Origin: Euprymna scolopes
Taxonomy: Eukaryota
DNA length: 64,000 nt
NCBI GenBank assembly: GCA_053919585.1
Contig: CM132783.1
Direction: 5' to 3' (one strand)
The notes beneath the pieces are model-generated. The model made no database searches. It was not told where the DNA came from and was given only the letters and a program-made list of their open reading frames with translations. A program made the position numbers and the translations under genes. This document shows positions 25,074 through 40,579 of the stretch, one piece after another; the stretch's first letter is position 1; every line of letters starts with the position of its first letter.

Positions 25074-26001
25074 AATATTTTCCATAACAATTAGTTCTTT
25101 ATACATATACATGCAAATATTAATACAAGTAGTCGTTCGCTGACAGTTTCATTTAGAGTTTTATTTGCAAAGGATTAACCCAGAATATTTTTTTAAATTA
25201 TTTTCTATCAGCTAATTATTTCGGTATTTAGTTCGCATATTAAATAAACTTAAATGAATGACGACATAAGGTTTTCTAGATTATTGGCGATGTCTCCCAA
25301 GGGACGGCTTCCATGAGGAGACTGATTTGAAAACCATTGTTTCGTCATGTTTGAAAAAAGTGACGTCATTCTGAATCTGTTTTGTCTGTATCGTTTGTCT
25401 TAAAATTTGCATGTCAGCCATCTTTGATTCAACTCTTAGAATTATTGTTTTGCATATCGTGATTATTATCATGCATTCAGTGTAACTCATGTCAAAATTC
25501 ATAAAAGGTTACTTAACTACTATTAGGATAGGATTCTTAATACATAATATATAGACATGCTAAGTTGTTTATATATCAATTATATGTGAGTTTTAATATG
25601 TGTCAATGCAAAGAATAACTTTTAAAAAAATATCTTGAAAGCGTTGCCTTTTACGAAGATTGAATATTGAATAATACCAAATGTAAAGAAAAGAAACACT
25701 CCTATTAATGCTAATAACACTATTACTATTAACAACAATAAAATTTATTCGGATTGTATATAACTTGCAAATAACGCACATACAGATATTACTGAATGAT
25801 GGCCAAAAATATTCATTGCATCAATTTAATATATTTGCATATTATGAATTTAATATATTTATATATTAACAATTTACTATATTTAATATATTTAATTTTA
25901 TGTTTTGAAAATCATAGACTGTTAATCTTCTTATGTATGTGTGTGTGGTGCTTGCCGTAATAAATTATTCCGTGAATGTTTATATTTCACTTATTTTTCA
26001 G

Positions 26002-26130
26002 ACTTTTGTCTAATTTTTAGAACTTCGACCTCTTTAAAATGAAGAAGAAAACGAACGATGAAGACACACATCTCGATTTTTTTGTAATTGCTAATATTGT
26101 AAAATAAAGTGTGGCTCTATATATACTTGT
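26002..26130 (+). other. Candidate terminal 3'UTR exon of gene 1 with polyA signal AATAAA (26103-26108)
   Basis: The donor g|gtaagt at 24962 needs a downstream exon. The best nearby acceptor is ttatttttcag (ends 26001), followed by AATAAA. Inference only. Confidence 0.45.
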
Positions 26131-27657
26131 CTTTGTTATTTTTCTTTTTGAAATATTTATTTTTTTCCATGACATTGTTACAAGCAAAAAATAAATGACT
26201 GTTTTTAACGAAAGGCCAACGAGCATATTTAGTTTATATGTTTAACGTTATATTATCTCTTTGGTCGAAATCGAATTTGTGTTCAAAATTATCCAATGTT
26301 ACTGACTAATTTACATTATTTATTATGTCATTCATAGTTCAGCCAAACTTTGTGTCTGTAATTTTCTCAAATTTGCGCATCAGAAGACCTGATCAGATTT
26401 AAATTTTCTATGATAATATTTATAAGGTCAATAAGACATCAAGCAAAAATAAAACCACAAATTATCTGTTGGCTAAATGGCTTATTTAGTTATTTCTATC
26501 CGGGTAAATACTTAACTCTGTATAATTGTAGTTATAAATATTTACAAATATTACGTCAGCATTTAGAGTTTAAACTCATACATTTGTTTCAGTTTTGTGT
26601 ATTATTTATAACTAGCATGACCCCTAAAAATTTCACAGAGTGAGAAATATATTGAATCAATAAATACATGTTTCTAAATAATGCAAAACATTATTTTTAT
26701 ATGCAGAAAATCTAATAAAACGTAGCAAATATGAGTTTATTAAAAATGTCCATGAAAATAGTGTTTATTGTATTTGACACATAGAACTGCCCCAAATGAT
26801 ATAAATTAATAAATACTAATAAATACCCCGATTATAATATTGTACTGTGTAGTTCAATGCAAATAATACAATCATATTGTAAGAGCCAATCTTTAATTCA
26901 CACCGTCAATCTAGTACCTCTTGGCAGACAATGTCTTCGTGTTTCTTTTTCTTGAAGGGATGGGCGTTTCTTTATAATTTTTTCTTATATACGTAAGATT
27001 TCGCTGAATTCTTTTGTCGATAAAGAACTGCTGCAAGTCTAAATTACTAGGAATTAATTTCTCACACAGTTACAACAATGATCATATATTATTATAATGA
27101 CATTCGAAAACAAAGCTACATCAAAGAGAGGTTAATCTAACATTTTTGTCCGCACTTGCTAGATTGTAATTTTTTTAAGACAACTTTCATGATTTCGGTC
27201 TTTATGTTAGCAATTTGAAATTCAAAAATTGTGTTCTGTATTTTTAAAAGTATAACGTATAGATTAACTGAGGAAGGACAGGCAGAATTGTTTATAAATT
27301 AATGATCATCAACATAAAAGAGNNNNNNNNNNNNNNNNNNNNNNNNNNNNNNNNNNNNNNNNNNNNNNNNNNNNNNNNNNNNNNNNNNNNNNNNNNNNNN
27401 NNNNNNNNNNNNNNNNNNNNNNNNNNNNNNNNNNNNNNNNNNNNNNNNNNNNNNNNNNNNNNNNNNNNNNNNNNNNNNATTCAAGCATGCGTAAACAAAA
27501 GCTTGTTCACTCTAGAAGTCTGCTCAAGATAAAAAGTAAGAATTTTGTTCTGAAATATGTGACGTAAGCCCTAAGAAGCTGACATTAAAGTTAATGCCAA
27601 TCATTAAATGTTTCGTTGAAAAATTCTAAAGTATAAAAACAAAACAAGTACAAATGA

Positions 27658-27733
<76 letters not shown>

Positions 27734-28599
27734 TTAACGCTTGTTTTAGAAAGTAATCATAACTAACACATTTATACACGTATGTAGTCAATAATATCTG
27801 TATAAATAAAGAGAATTACAAATAAGAGCCATCTACTTGCACTATTTATAGAATTCGGAGTTAATCGGATATATAGGAAACCGCATCCATACACTTATTA
27901 CGTATATATTTACATCCGTGTCCCGAGCTTATTTTTAGAGATTTAAAGAAATAAATAAACTATAAATATAACTATTATTTTATCAGTCTTTCTGAAAGTA
28001 AGTAACAAAAGAAGGCAATGTCAGTTATATAAGTGATCAGAATAGGATATAAATTGTTGTAAAAAAACTACCCTTACATCCCCAAAAATAATCAAGGTTT
28101 TAATATCAAAACACAACTTATATGTAAATATTTCATATTAGAGACAAAAATTGTTGTTACGTAACACAAGTTGAGATTTGAGTCAGAAACATTTGAACTC
28201 GCTCTATGTTAAGAACATAGACGCTTACCAGGCACTGTCCTCGAATGTCTAAGGTCTCTCTGTACAAAGGTTTGTCAGGTCAACCTGTATAACGATACTT
28301 TTTGTTACAAGCAAACCCTTAGCAAATATTCAAAATCACACAGTATTCGTGACCAAAATAAGATCGCTACACTGTATTTTATGAGGACTGATGCACATTC
28401 TCCAATGATATTCCATCAAGTATCAGCACGAAGCTGGATACTCCACTAGTCAAGATAAATTCTTGTCCTGGAATTAAGTAAGCCCAAGAAACCACATTAT
28501 ATCATATTTAAACGATCAATTGGAAAAAGCAAAACTATGTTCTGAACTTTATTATTAACTCAGTGTTTGAGAAGTAAAGATAATCATTCATACATTATT

Positions 28600-29950
28600 C
28601 GAATCTCTCTTTTTTTTATTTTACTTCAGTAAGTTTTAAGAGATAAAGGGGCTCCCTTCTGGAACTAACACTTGATTCTCTTATGATTAAAATTTATATC
28701 CGAGGGCTCTTTTAAGAATAGATGCTGTTCTGTTTATGGCTGCTATCTGTATTTCGTTACATCTTGGTCTTCCAGGGATTGCTTCTAAGTATTTATGAAG
28801 TTTTTTTTTTATTAATCCAGTCGCTCCTATCACAATTGGTATAATGCTTATTTCTTTCAGAGACCATATCGTTTTTAGATCATTTTTATCTCATAAATCT
28901 CATGTGGAGGTATATATTTATCAATTTGTGAGACTATAGAGAGTAATTTTTTGGTTGTAGTTGCCTCCAGTTTTTCTCTTGGTAGATCCGTTTTTTTTTA
29001 TTTGGCCCTTGAATATTTTTTCCTTGCATCAACCACATTTTTTAAATCTTAAGTATTTGAAGCAGTGAAGGATATTTTCTTTTCCGCAATCAACCAATTC
29101 ACTGTTTTATAATTGCGTTTTCTTGTGGTCTTTGTTTAGTTTTGCCGGCGTCCAGAATCAGTATTTGTCTGGTCTGGTGGATTCTCCAGCATAGTGTCAC
29201 TACCTGTAGTAGTATTACTGGGAAAATTTGCACTGTTATTTTCCACGTATGACCCAGTGTTTACTTTTTATTATTTTCTTGTTCATATATTTTTTTGGGA
29301 ACATTTGATTGGGGTTTACTTCCTGAAAGAAGCATCCTCATATTTGTATATCAATCCATGTCCCTTTGCAGGGGCATTCTGAGATATACTAATATACCCC
29401 CTTTACAGAGAGCCCGAAGACACAGGAGGTCTGTATCTAGTAGGCTTTCCCATTCTCTCCGTTCTTTTTTATTTAACTTCAGTAAGTTTTAAGATATAAA
29501 GGGGCCCCCTTCTGGAGCTAACACTTGATTCTGTTATGATTCAAATTTATATCCAAGGGCTCTTTTAAGAATAGATGCTGTTCCCTTTATGGCTGCTATT
29601 TGTATCTCGTTACATCTTGGTCTTCCAGGGATTGCTTCTAAGTATTTATGAATTTTTTTTTTATTAAACCAGTAGCTCCTATCACAACCGGTATAATGTT
29701 TATTTCTTTCAGAGACCATGTTGTTTTTAGATCATTTTTTAGGTCCTGATATTTTGTTATCTTTTCCCGTTCAGCTCTATTGAGGCCAAAATCAAAATGA
29801 AAGAAGTATACTCATATTTGTATATCAATCCATGTTCCTTTTCAGGGACACTCTGAGGTACACTAATAACCCCTTTATAGAGAGACCGAAGATACAGGAG
29901 GTCTGTATCTAGTAGGCCTTCCCATTCTCTCCAGTAGGCTTTCCCATTAT
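28600..29950 (-). mobile_element. Two head-to-tail, internally deleted R4/Dong-like (RLE) non-LTR elements
   Basis: EREKITKYQDLKNDLKTTW..IIPIVIGATG..KYLEAIPGRPRCNEIQIAAIKGTASILKRALG. The 3' block occurs at 28600-28890 and 29460-29800; the 5' block occurs at 29310-29460 and 29800-29950. Confidence 0.72.
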
Positions 29951-32159
29951 CTCAATATCTGTGTATCTCGTATAGTGACCAAGTGTTAACCCAAGGAAGT
30001 AGTGCCTCTTTGATTTCTAAGAACTTCGACTGGAGCAAAAGTAGATCATAGAATTTATGAGTCTTATTTCCAAGAATGTTACTTTTCTTTACAGCATTAT
30101 ATTCCGAAGTGATGCACAAATAGTTATTGTTTGAAAACTTTAAATTCTTGCGGACAACGTTAAGACACGCACATTTCTAGTAAACAAATACACCGAAAAA
30201 AATAAACGGTGACATTTTGAGTTCTACTACACTACTGTATGTAATCTCTTTTGTTCTGTGTTAACGAAGGAGAAATTATAATAGACTGAAGCACTTATAA
30301 ATAGATGTTCTAACAATTGAGCAACCGTAAATCGTGAAACAATAAAATTATTACCGTGTTTAAATCGAGGAACATCCATTTGAATTTTATTTAAAAACAT
30401 TTTAGATCACCATTTTCGAACAAAACTCAGAAAAGTACCCACATTATTATCTGTAGCACAATTTTTCTCAGCAACCACCATAAAAATCTTAAACATCAAA
30501 ACATAATTAATGTGTTAAATAATATGTATTTTGAACAAAACTTGTTTTAAAGCAATTAAAGTCAGAATATGAGTCAAAATACTTATGTTTCTATGCTTAT
30601 GCATTTGAACATGTAATGTTCAATACAATTTATGAGTCGTATTTTCAGGTGCGGATCTACATTTCTTTACAGCAATAAAAATTGTATTTAAGTTGCGTAA
30701 CTTACTGACATAGGATTCTTTTTCTGATTGTTTTATTCAGAAGTGATACGATAGTAGTTATTATTTCTTTTTTATTTTTGACTATGCAACAGGGAAACAC
30801 ATGATCTGATAGGAAACAAATAAACTGATCAACTAAACTGTGACCATCTTTCTCTCTATGGTAATATTGCATATCGAGTCTCTGCTATGTCCTGGAAAGA
30901 AATCTTTTAGGCAATTATGAATTTTATTTTTAGGCAATTATTAAAGAGATGAGTTTTATCAGTTAAGCAATAATAAGCAGCGAAACAACAAAAAATATTT
31001 TAGAAAATATTTTATGGAAAATGCATAAACTATAATTCTATTTCGATTAATAACAAACGTCTCATGTAGGTTTATTAATAAGAAAATATCTAAGAGTTTT
31101 CTTAGAATGGAAATTGTGATATACAGTGAGATATTTCTTTATTCTTCGAATAATGACTGGAAAAACCAGTAGAATCAAGGAAGCATTCGTTTTGTATATC
31201 AAGGATTGAACATTTTATGCAGAAATACAATATTTTTTAAAGTAATATGTAAAAGGATAATTAATGTTGTAAAAATAATTTTGTAAACAAAGCATGTTAC
31301 TGAATGATAAACCACGAGACAGAATGTTCTAATTTCTAATTATTTTTGTTTAGTGTTCAACAAATACATTCGATTATTCCAGAATAGAATTGAAGGCAGC
31401 CAATCAAAGCGGCGTAAAATTAAGAAGAATAAGCTCTATGCGTATTCGGTTAGCTAAGGTATAATATTTACGAAAGCAAATGAATAAAACAATGACGGAA
31501 GTATTTAGGAATGTATTATATAAAAAAGTTGTCAAAATGTAAGATTGTGGTTGTAGTATATTTACGTATGAGTAAACGTTAATTTGACTTCTTGTACATA
31601 TAACTTGTTTGGTCGAGTTTTATATGCCGGGATTTATATAAGAATTTTACAATCGAATATATTTGACTGCTAATTTACGGAAATAAGTGATTGCCATAAA
31701 GTGTGATTATATTGGAATTATATACGGCGCATGTTTAAAGGGCTATTATGTCTGGAAATTGACAGAAAAAACTGAATTCACTTTACTATATCGAAGAAAA
31801 GGTTCATTAATTAATGTGTGAAAATTTCCAAAATATTTTAAGAGAGGTCCTTTGATTAAAGATTGGATTATACTAATACTACTGCTAGTAATAAAATAAA
31901 GTAGTGCTACTAGTACATCCAATAGTAAAACATTTTAACTTTCACAAACAACAAAAATAAAAAAGCATAAAACAGAAGAAAAAGAAAGAATGAGAACTGT
32001 TTATCAGAAATAACCTATAAATAAAACTAATACGAAAATAAGTTGTAAAAGCATGAAGCAGATAAAACATAATAATTAGTAGTTTTATATATTTATGTTT
32101 ATTTTTCGAAGATAATAAAATGCACTTCATTGCATATATATATATAAATATATATATAT

Positions 32160-32605
32160 ATATTCCATTCCATCAGTAGTTCGTCGTAATTCGACGATGA
32201 CATGATATACTTAATACCTGTAAAGTAAATGTGAGGCCAACCTAATTGCTCTCTTAAAATTTTTAGTACAAGTGACACATACGTAGACCGCTTCAGATGG
32301 AGGTACTCTCTTTATCATACTTAATCTCTTGTCTGTTAGCGACAGTACATATTTTTCCTACCGGCGTCTGCTGCGTTACCCATCGCCTTCTTTCAAGACA
32401 GGATTTTTTATTTTTCCCCTCTAGTTATTGTACTTACTGGGCCTCTTTAAATATCTCTAGAACACGTTTTTATAGCAAAGTCTTAGTGATTTGGCCTTCT
32501 TTTAGCTCTCCATAAAAAAAACTTTTGATAGTCTGCTGATGTCCATATGTATAACTGGCATGTCCCATCCACCTTGTCTGACACGTGGTAATCATTACTT
32601 ACTTA
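32160..32605 (-). mobile_element. RTE-clade LINE 3' fragment
   Basis: Minus strand RWMGHA...RLSK.FFYGELKEG motif and a gtcatcgtcg...cgacg hairpin tail with short tggaa repeats. Confidence 0.55.
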
Positions 32606-32609
32606 AATG

Positions 32610-35210
32610 ATACGAATGTAAAATTCATGCTGTTCTCAAAATTGCTGGAGTGTCAGTAGACAAATAATTTGCAATCAGGTTGGAATGGTGTGATCAGTAA
32701 ATATACCCATCTCAGAGACTATTTTATCAGGGAGGTCATTTATGAATATTAGGAATAATGAAGGTCTAAGGATAGACCTCTGAGGTACACCCGTATTTAT
32801 ATCATATTGTTTAAATGTACGACCGTTGAGGAAACCTGGATTCTTCTATTATTTAAGAACGATTTAGTAAAATTAAGTATTCGTCCAGTGATACCGTGTG
32901 ATCTGATTTTCCTGAGAAATACCCGGTCAAAAGACTTAGATATATCTACCCTGTCCTACTTTGTCTAGTGTATGGTATATACTTTCAGAGGTTACACTTA
33001 GGATATCTGCTGTAGAACGGGCTTGCCTGAGTCCATATTGTTGGTCGATCATAAGTTAAGCATCTTTAAGGTGATGGACTAGACCTTGATTATTTATGGA
33101 CCGAAATATTTTGCCGAAAAGCAGGAAGAGGCTGATGGAGCGATAATTTAATTTAATTTAATTTTCGCCAGAATTCTTGTAAACTGGTAGCACAGAAGCA
33201 GTTTTCCAGCACTCATGAAAGCAGATTCGTTTAGGCACATGTTGTAAAGCCTCAGCATAGCATGTTTTTAATAGCACAGCTGATATGAAATCGAGTCCAT
33301 ATGCTTTTGAAGTGTCAAGGGTTTTTATGATATAATGCAGCCGAGAAGGAGTAATTTTCATATCCAGTGTGGCGTCAGTCCGCAAAGAAGATTCAGGGCG
33401 GAAGTGGTTTGCTGGGTTCAATGTGGAGTTTGAGGCAAACCGACTGCTAAGCATGTTAGTCTTCTCGTTGCCGTTCAAACAATCTCATGATTGTTTGATA
33501 GCGGGGGAATTGTTGATTGCCCGTTATTTACTACATTGTTGTAGATATCTCAGAAATCACGGGTTCCTAATTTCTGTGCTTTGGTTTCAGTATTTTCTCT
33601 CTTAGCTGTCGCTATTTCTTTCTTATAATTACTTCTAACTTCTATATACTTTTGTCTGTTTGTACTGGACTTATGTCGGTAAAATCTACGGTATGCATGC
33701 TGCCTTTGTGCAATGGTAGTTGCACAAGTAGAAATAAACCATTGAGGAGCGAGGTGTTTGCAATAAAATTTCTGTGTGGGAACATGTGCTTCAGTTGCCG
33801 TTTTGAATCATTCAGTTGTCTTATTTGCGCACTGTTCAGCAGGAAGAGAACAGATATTTCCCCATGGGGCATCTCTGATGAGACCCCTGCTGACTTCCCA
33901 GTCAGCCTTCTTATAATACCTTGTCGTTTTGAGTAGTCAGTCTCCAGTTTTTGGTCAAGAATTAATATTGGTGTAATAATTCACAGCGTGAACAGCTTTC
34001 CGGGATATGTCATGGGCATTCGTTACACGGTCATCGGGAACTGTGATACAAATAGATTTAGAAGTCGTGTTGATCTTGCTGATCTTGGAAGCGTGTCGGA
34101 AACGGACCCGTTTGTGATAGGGAATGAGATATAGAGAAGCTATGTGTATGCTACTAGCTGCGTCTGTATAAGTAGAGAATCCAAGCCAATTACTGTGGTA
34201 GACATTGAAGTCACCAAATACATGCACTTGTGCGTTAGTATCCAGGGAGAGTGCTATATCTATGCTTTCAGAGACTTGATTGATTAGCGTACAGTCCTGG
34301 ATCGAGAAGGTAGTGAAAGTATAAGTAGCTAATGTTATGGTGCATGGTAAGTTTAAAGCACATAAAGGCCTGATCGTCTGATTCGAGTTTTGTTTCTCTA
34401 GTCAAGGGACGGGCGTTTTCAATATAGACTCCAAGCCCGTGCATATGTCTGTCAGAGTCCTTACGGCAAAGTGGAAGATAACCAGACCTGTTAAAGTAGT
34501 TTGAGGGACTAGAGAAGTTTCACTTAGCACTAAGATATCCGGGATGTTTGCTAGGAGAAATGATTCAATATCATCTAAGTTAGTTCTAAGCTCGTGGATA
34601 CTCGTGAATGCGAGCCCCAAGGGAGGAGGCACATTCGTTTTGTTTGGGTTTAAGCCTGGTTTAAGCGTAATATTGATCTGGACAAAGTGGTTGTGCAGAA
34701 TACCAAACATACAACACAAGTAGACCGTCAGTTGGCTCCTTATCTACAGGATCGTGGCCTCGAGAAAGCCCACCGACATGGCACTAAAACCATCCAAATA
34801 TTATGCAACTGATGATGGAGCAGCCGCTCTAAGTGCTACCAAGGAATTAGGGCTTATCTACTGTCAGCCGGAAACAGCAGCTGGAACCTGTCAATCCGAT
34901 ACCTATTAGACAAAAACCAACTCAATCCAATTGCATTGGCGTATATGGCACTCAGGCACCCCCAAAGTGTCCAGTTTGGGCGGGAGCGGGGAACGGTGTT
35001 CCATGCCTTAGTCAGGAAACAAGGTCGAAAAGTGAGTATTTCTGCCGAGTCGCTGTGCTTGCACCTCTGCGTCTGGCAAATAGGCAAAAAAGAGTATAAA
35101 AGCCGGACGATAGACAGAGCGTAGTTACTATTTAAGCAGTTTAGGTTTGCAAACCGGTAATTTGTTCGAGTCACCAGCTTTGGAAGGTCGTTGTTCAGGA
35201 CTAACAAGGC
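32610..35210 (-). mobile_element. CR1-group LINE, 5' two-thirds (5'UTR, AP endonuclease, RT N-half), decayed
   Basis: APE motifs PDILVLSET and HVFGDFNVYHSNWL; LDTSKAYGLD, WKTASVLPVYKN and VPQ..ILRP. Clear nucleotide similarity to 51560-52180. Confidence 0.85.
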
Positions 35211-35744
35211 CTATCTCCCATGATAATTGCAAATTCTGTAGTCCACGATAGTATCTATTAGAAACTGGTGAAAATGTTAAGTATGTCCGTCTGCTAGTAA
35301 AATTACTTATTTGGATATCTTTATTGATGTTAAAACCTGAATTCTATGTGCCTCACATATTCAGCCGCATGTCTGTTTATTTAAACAAAATAAATTCATG
35401 ATGCGACATTTAATTTGTTGTTCATACTTATTTTACAATAACTATTCCCATGTTTTGTAGGAACGTTGCAGTTTTAATTCAATACACAAAATAAAAAAGT
35501 ATATATGAATGGCTGAGGGTTGACTAGGTATTGAAGTGGCCAACTGTTGTCCCTGTGTCTACTCCAATAGCAGCTATACTACAAGGTCTTCATTTTTGGT
35601 TGATTTTAATCATTTTGATACAAAATAACGCTGTGGTTGTTAATGTTCACAAATACGTAGGCATCTAGGGCTTCAACTCATATATTTATACTAGGTTTTG
35701 TGTTTCTTTCCGTATAGTATGAAGTATATATATTATAAATAAAT

Positions 35745-35745
<1 letters not shown>

Positions 35746-35787
<42 letters not shown>
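35746..35787. repeat. (CAT)n microsatellite
   Basis: Directly visible. Confidence 0.95.
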
Positions 35788-38559
35788 CTGTCTGCGGAAA
35801 AAATAAACTAAAACGCAGTCAACTAGCGTTTATGGAATACTCACAACTTCTGCTTCACCCTCGATTGTCCAAATGTATGCGCCTGTATTCAGCGTTTAAT
35901 AGTTCTTAATTTCCCTCACTCACGAAGCAGTTGTTTGCTTTCTTTGAGGTAAAGGCGCAACAAATGAAGCAAAAGTTGTCTTCGTCAATGTGTTTGAATC
36001 GTATGATCGGCAGGATCTGTAATCCCTACACTGATTGTGTAAGCAAAGAATAATTAATATTTACTTATAAATACATATATACAATTTATATGTACCTTAC
36101 TATTCAACATTGATTCAGAATCGACTAGGATTAAAACAATGGTTTCAATAACCGTTGTTTCGAATTATAACTTGGTAATTTCTAGATCAAGCTCTTACAA
36201 TAGTTTAAATAAACGGTTTCAAATATACATTGTGTTCAAATGCTTTTACTTGCAATAACTTTAAATTGCTAAGATAGTCTTTTATTGGTTTGAATGGATT
36301 TTATGAAATTGATTCAAGCAATTCTGTGTCATCATTTAGGTAATGACTGCAAAATCAGCACCAGTAATATAGTTTCTAATATTTGATTTTCTCTTATAAA
36401 TATTTCATGTCTTTCACAAAATAAAGGTTTAAAAAATCACTGTCGATGACATTAAAAGTTCTAGTTATCGTGTTACGTAGAAATTATTTAAAGAACTTAC
36501 TCAAAACATTTTTTTCGAAACATCTGTGAATCCAAGCAGAAATGTGGGTAAGCTACGAATTTAATATATTAGAATTAATATCGATTGGTTTTGAAAATAT
36601 AACGATTTTCTATTTATGAAATATCTCAATTGAATGTTATCCAATTGATTGGGAATATGTTTCTGGTCTCGCAACGATTTCCACGGAATTGATATCTGAC
36701 AGAGAAAACATATATAACATGTAAATACTTTCTTGTACACAAAACAGGTAAACTGAAATACATATTTCAAAGGACATACCTGTAAGTATAAATCTTTACT
36801 GCACATAAGCTACGACAAGTGTGCTTGATGGATATGACGGAAGCGTCAGTCATAAAACCCAACCATGGTCTTAGAATATAAAAACAATATTTTACAAACT
36901 TTAGCTTCATTTCAAAGATTCAGTTTTAATGTTATAACGTAAGCATACTTTACGAAATAATTTCATTACATATGATTAAACAGTTATCTAAATGATATAA
37001 CGGTGCCAGTACCATTAAACATTAAGGAACTCATTTTAAAGAAATGACTTCTGCTAAATTCATATTAATATATTCATTAGATATAGTAATACTGTTGTAG
37101 GCACTGCTTTTTGGGACGTATGTGTAACCTGTTATTTTACGCATTGAATATGTAAATGGAATAATAGCGGTTTTTATTTACAAGGAAGCAAGCTCAAACT
37201 ATTAAATTGTATATTAAACCGTAAAAGTGAATGCTTCGAGCAACATATGATCGCATTTGTTTCATTACTGTGAACAAGAGTCGGTTGTTTTAGGTGTCGA
37301 TGATATTGTACTTTTCAGAAATACGCAAACATATGCACGTTTACGATTCTATTCATAAGGATTATATATTATTCTATATGATTCAAAATTTTTAATTGGT
37401 ATCTTTTATATTATACTGTGTATTTAGGCAGCGTGTTTTCATTTAGACAGACATTGCTGAACAGCACCGAGTGTTTCTGTTTTATATTATATGTTTAGTT
37501 GATTTCATTTATCCGATTAATTTAATTGAAAACGATTAAGATTGAAGCTATTAAAGTAATATGATAAAAACATGTTTAGTCATATGTTTTAAAAACATTT
37601 CTGTAAAATTGAGAATTGTTTTAAATTAAAACTGCAACAGAAAAAAAAAAACACCAGAACAATTCTGTAAACATTCATAAAAATACTCAATATAACTTTG
37701 AATAAAATACACAAACACAAGCATACGGTATTGATTAATATGAAATATTTTAATGCCCGTCTCTAATTGCAACACTCCCTTGTTTCCAATGGTTTTTGCT
37801 CATGTTAAACGTGGCATGTCTTGTCAGTCAGCACTTTGTTGTACATATCACTAACTGATCTGACTTGATAATTCTTGGCAACAATAATATCTCCTTAGCT
37901 AATACAGGTTATCCTCTACTAGAGGATATGAACACATTTCATAACGATACACGGAATCTTTTAATATTCAATAACATTTAGATATTTTGTTTATTTCTGA
38001 CCTGATAAGGAACGCGCTAAATGCGGCAAAAATCAACAGCAGAACACATGAACTAATAACTCGTGTTTAAAAATAAATTGTATATGTGTTTTTTTCTGTC
38101 TAACACATTTTCTTAATTGTTTCTAGTCTTCTTTCTCATTGAAAAAAGCAACCTTAGCAGTCACTGATAACTTACCAATAAAAAAAATCACGAAATCCTT
38201 CATTCTATACTTTTCATTCTTTTTTCAAGAAAACCACAAACCCCGGAAATATATCCGTTTTCTATTTCCTCTATTGCTTTTTTTTCTTTTACATATGCGT
38301 TATAGAAAGCTTCACATGATTATCTTTATGAATAAACGTTTGTGCACCACAAAAACATGTAATTGCTTTCCTCTACTTTAACACAGAGATACAAGAAAAA
38401 CTTTTCGCAGACATGTGCATTTACATGCGTATCGTATACACAGAGCATTACTCGGACGATATGTTCAACTGAATAAGGTTCCTTTAAAAGAGAGAAGCAC
38501 AGTCACAAGCACAGGTTCTTCACGTTTACAGGAGAGAGAATATAGACGAAAAAAATATA

Positions 38560-40519
38560 CACATTATTTTCTATGTCGTCAGCTAAGAGAGAGAGAAAAT
38601 CTTTGCCTGGGAATAACATGATTTCGTGACTACCGTTTTAATACTCTTTAATGACTATTTACATTTTAACCAGTAACATTTAAACCTTTCTGATCAAACA
38701 TGTTCTTATTTCATTGTTATTTTTTTGCATTATTTGTGATTAAAGATTTGTTATTACGTTAAATAATTAGCACAAAAATCTGTTAGTTTTTCTTTTACTT
38801 TTAATCATAATCGTCCCTGTATCACATTGTAGACAGATTTCCTTTCTCATTTATCAACTACGAAGAAGATACAAGTATTCGATTTATCAAACACCTGTTC
38901 TATATATTTACAGTGAAAGTTAATTAATATTAAAAACTAATCACAGTTTGTCCTTCTTTTTATATAACATAAGTCTGTGAACATATATCTATGCACATGG
39001 AAGAGTTTACTCAACACTAAAAAATCTCACACAATCACTGTCACTCGCTTACGTTTGAAAAAATAGTAATCACTAAATGCATTTAACATATCTCGCACAT
39101 ACATTTTAAATCATTTTTTAATTCAATAACTAAATATATAACTATGTGAAAGATACTTAAAAAAGAAACTAGGCTAATTTGCCTCCTATCCCTATAAAAT
39201 ACATTGTCAAATTACAAACCTGAAAATATAAGTAGAAAAAAAAATAACGACATTCCGTAGACAGAAATAACTGGCAATGTATAAAAAATAAACTTGAAAT
39301 TTCACAAAGTTAATGAAAATATTAGTCATTGGTTAACTTTTTTCATGTTCACAAATCGTCAGAACGCTGATGTCTATGTATACGTGCACGTGCACAAACA
39401 ATTGTATTTAGTGGCAAAGTTTAAAACATTTTTATTTCCCTTATCATTTGCATTTGTTCATACGATTTTTCTATATTTAATTTCATTGTACCTTTTTTTT
39501 ACTTTTCTTGTATTAACATAGTTTACATATCCTTCATTTAATGAAGTTTCTATTTATATAAATACTGTTCTTGTAATTTCGCTTGTGAATTCGTGTTTAT
39601 TTTGCTTGTATAAAAGAGAAAATCAATTCACGTTGTCTGATTCCATTAGAAATGCTCTCTCTCCCTGTTACCACTTTCCCCTTCTTTTGTTCCCTTTTTT
39701 GTTCAATTGTTTTTTGTTTTTTTTTTGTTAGTGTAACTGTCGTCATCGTTCTTTGTTTTTTCTCTCTCGGGCGTCCGAATCGTCTGGAGAAAATTTCTTC
39801 CCTTTCTTTTCTCTTAGTCGAACTCCTTTCCCGTGGTCATTGTGTAACCTGGGTCGCACTTAATATACTTTTATTGGATATAGCAAGGTCACGGCATCTA
39901 TTCAAATATATTTTGTATATTTGTATCATTTCAGGTGCGTATGATTTCATTAGATAAACCATAACCGCATCTTGTAGACTTGACTCATCGATATATACAT
40001 TCGAAATTTCTTTTAAATGGGGATTTTATAGCTTAATGCCTACGTAGCTATACGATGTCAGAGATTAAAGTGAGATATACATGACACAATATTCCAATGT
40101 ATTAAAGGGAAAAGAAAAAAAACAGGAGAGTTAATAAAAATCCAAGTCGTCATTTACGTTAGCTGACATTGTTCACCCCCCCTCTCTCATCCTCATTGGG
40201 TTTTCGAATGAGTCGTTTTTCGTGACCACTTACTAAGAGAGATCGCTAAACTAAAAATAAAAAATATATATTTTTTCGGAAATAAATGAAATTCTAAAAT
40301 GTCATTGACTCGCTGTGGTTAACACTTGACGTCTGATCTAAAAATCATGTCAGCTGTTCTATCGCCAAGGCCCTAGCATTCCAACTATGGAATGTCTTTA
40401 TATAACTATATATATATACAGAAGCAACAATAAGTAATTTATTCTATCTGTTTTCGATGTATACATGATGCATCACATAAAAGTATTATTTTCTTATGAT
40501 ATCATAACATTATATATAT

Positions 40520-40579
<60 letters not shown>

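Noticed and set aside
31390-31530. CCAAT, CGGAAGT and TATA-like words suggesting a promoter
   Set aside because: No downstream exon or paralogous conservation found; such words are expected by chance.
34805-34885. CTGATGA followed by a short stem in the LINE 5' region, resembling a hammerhead
   Set aside because: No GAAA directly after helix II, no convincing helix I or III, and it is antisense to the LINE.
35838-36020. Two minus-strand exon-like segments ending in GTGAGT
   Set aside because: Poor polypyrimidine tracts, an implied intron of only ~40 nt, and no recognisable peptide.
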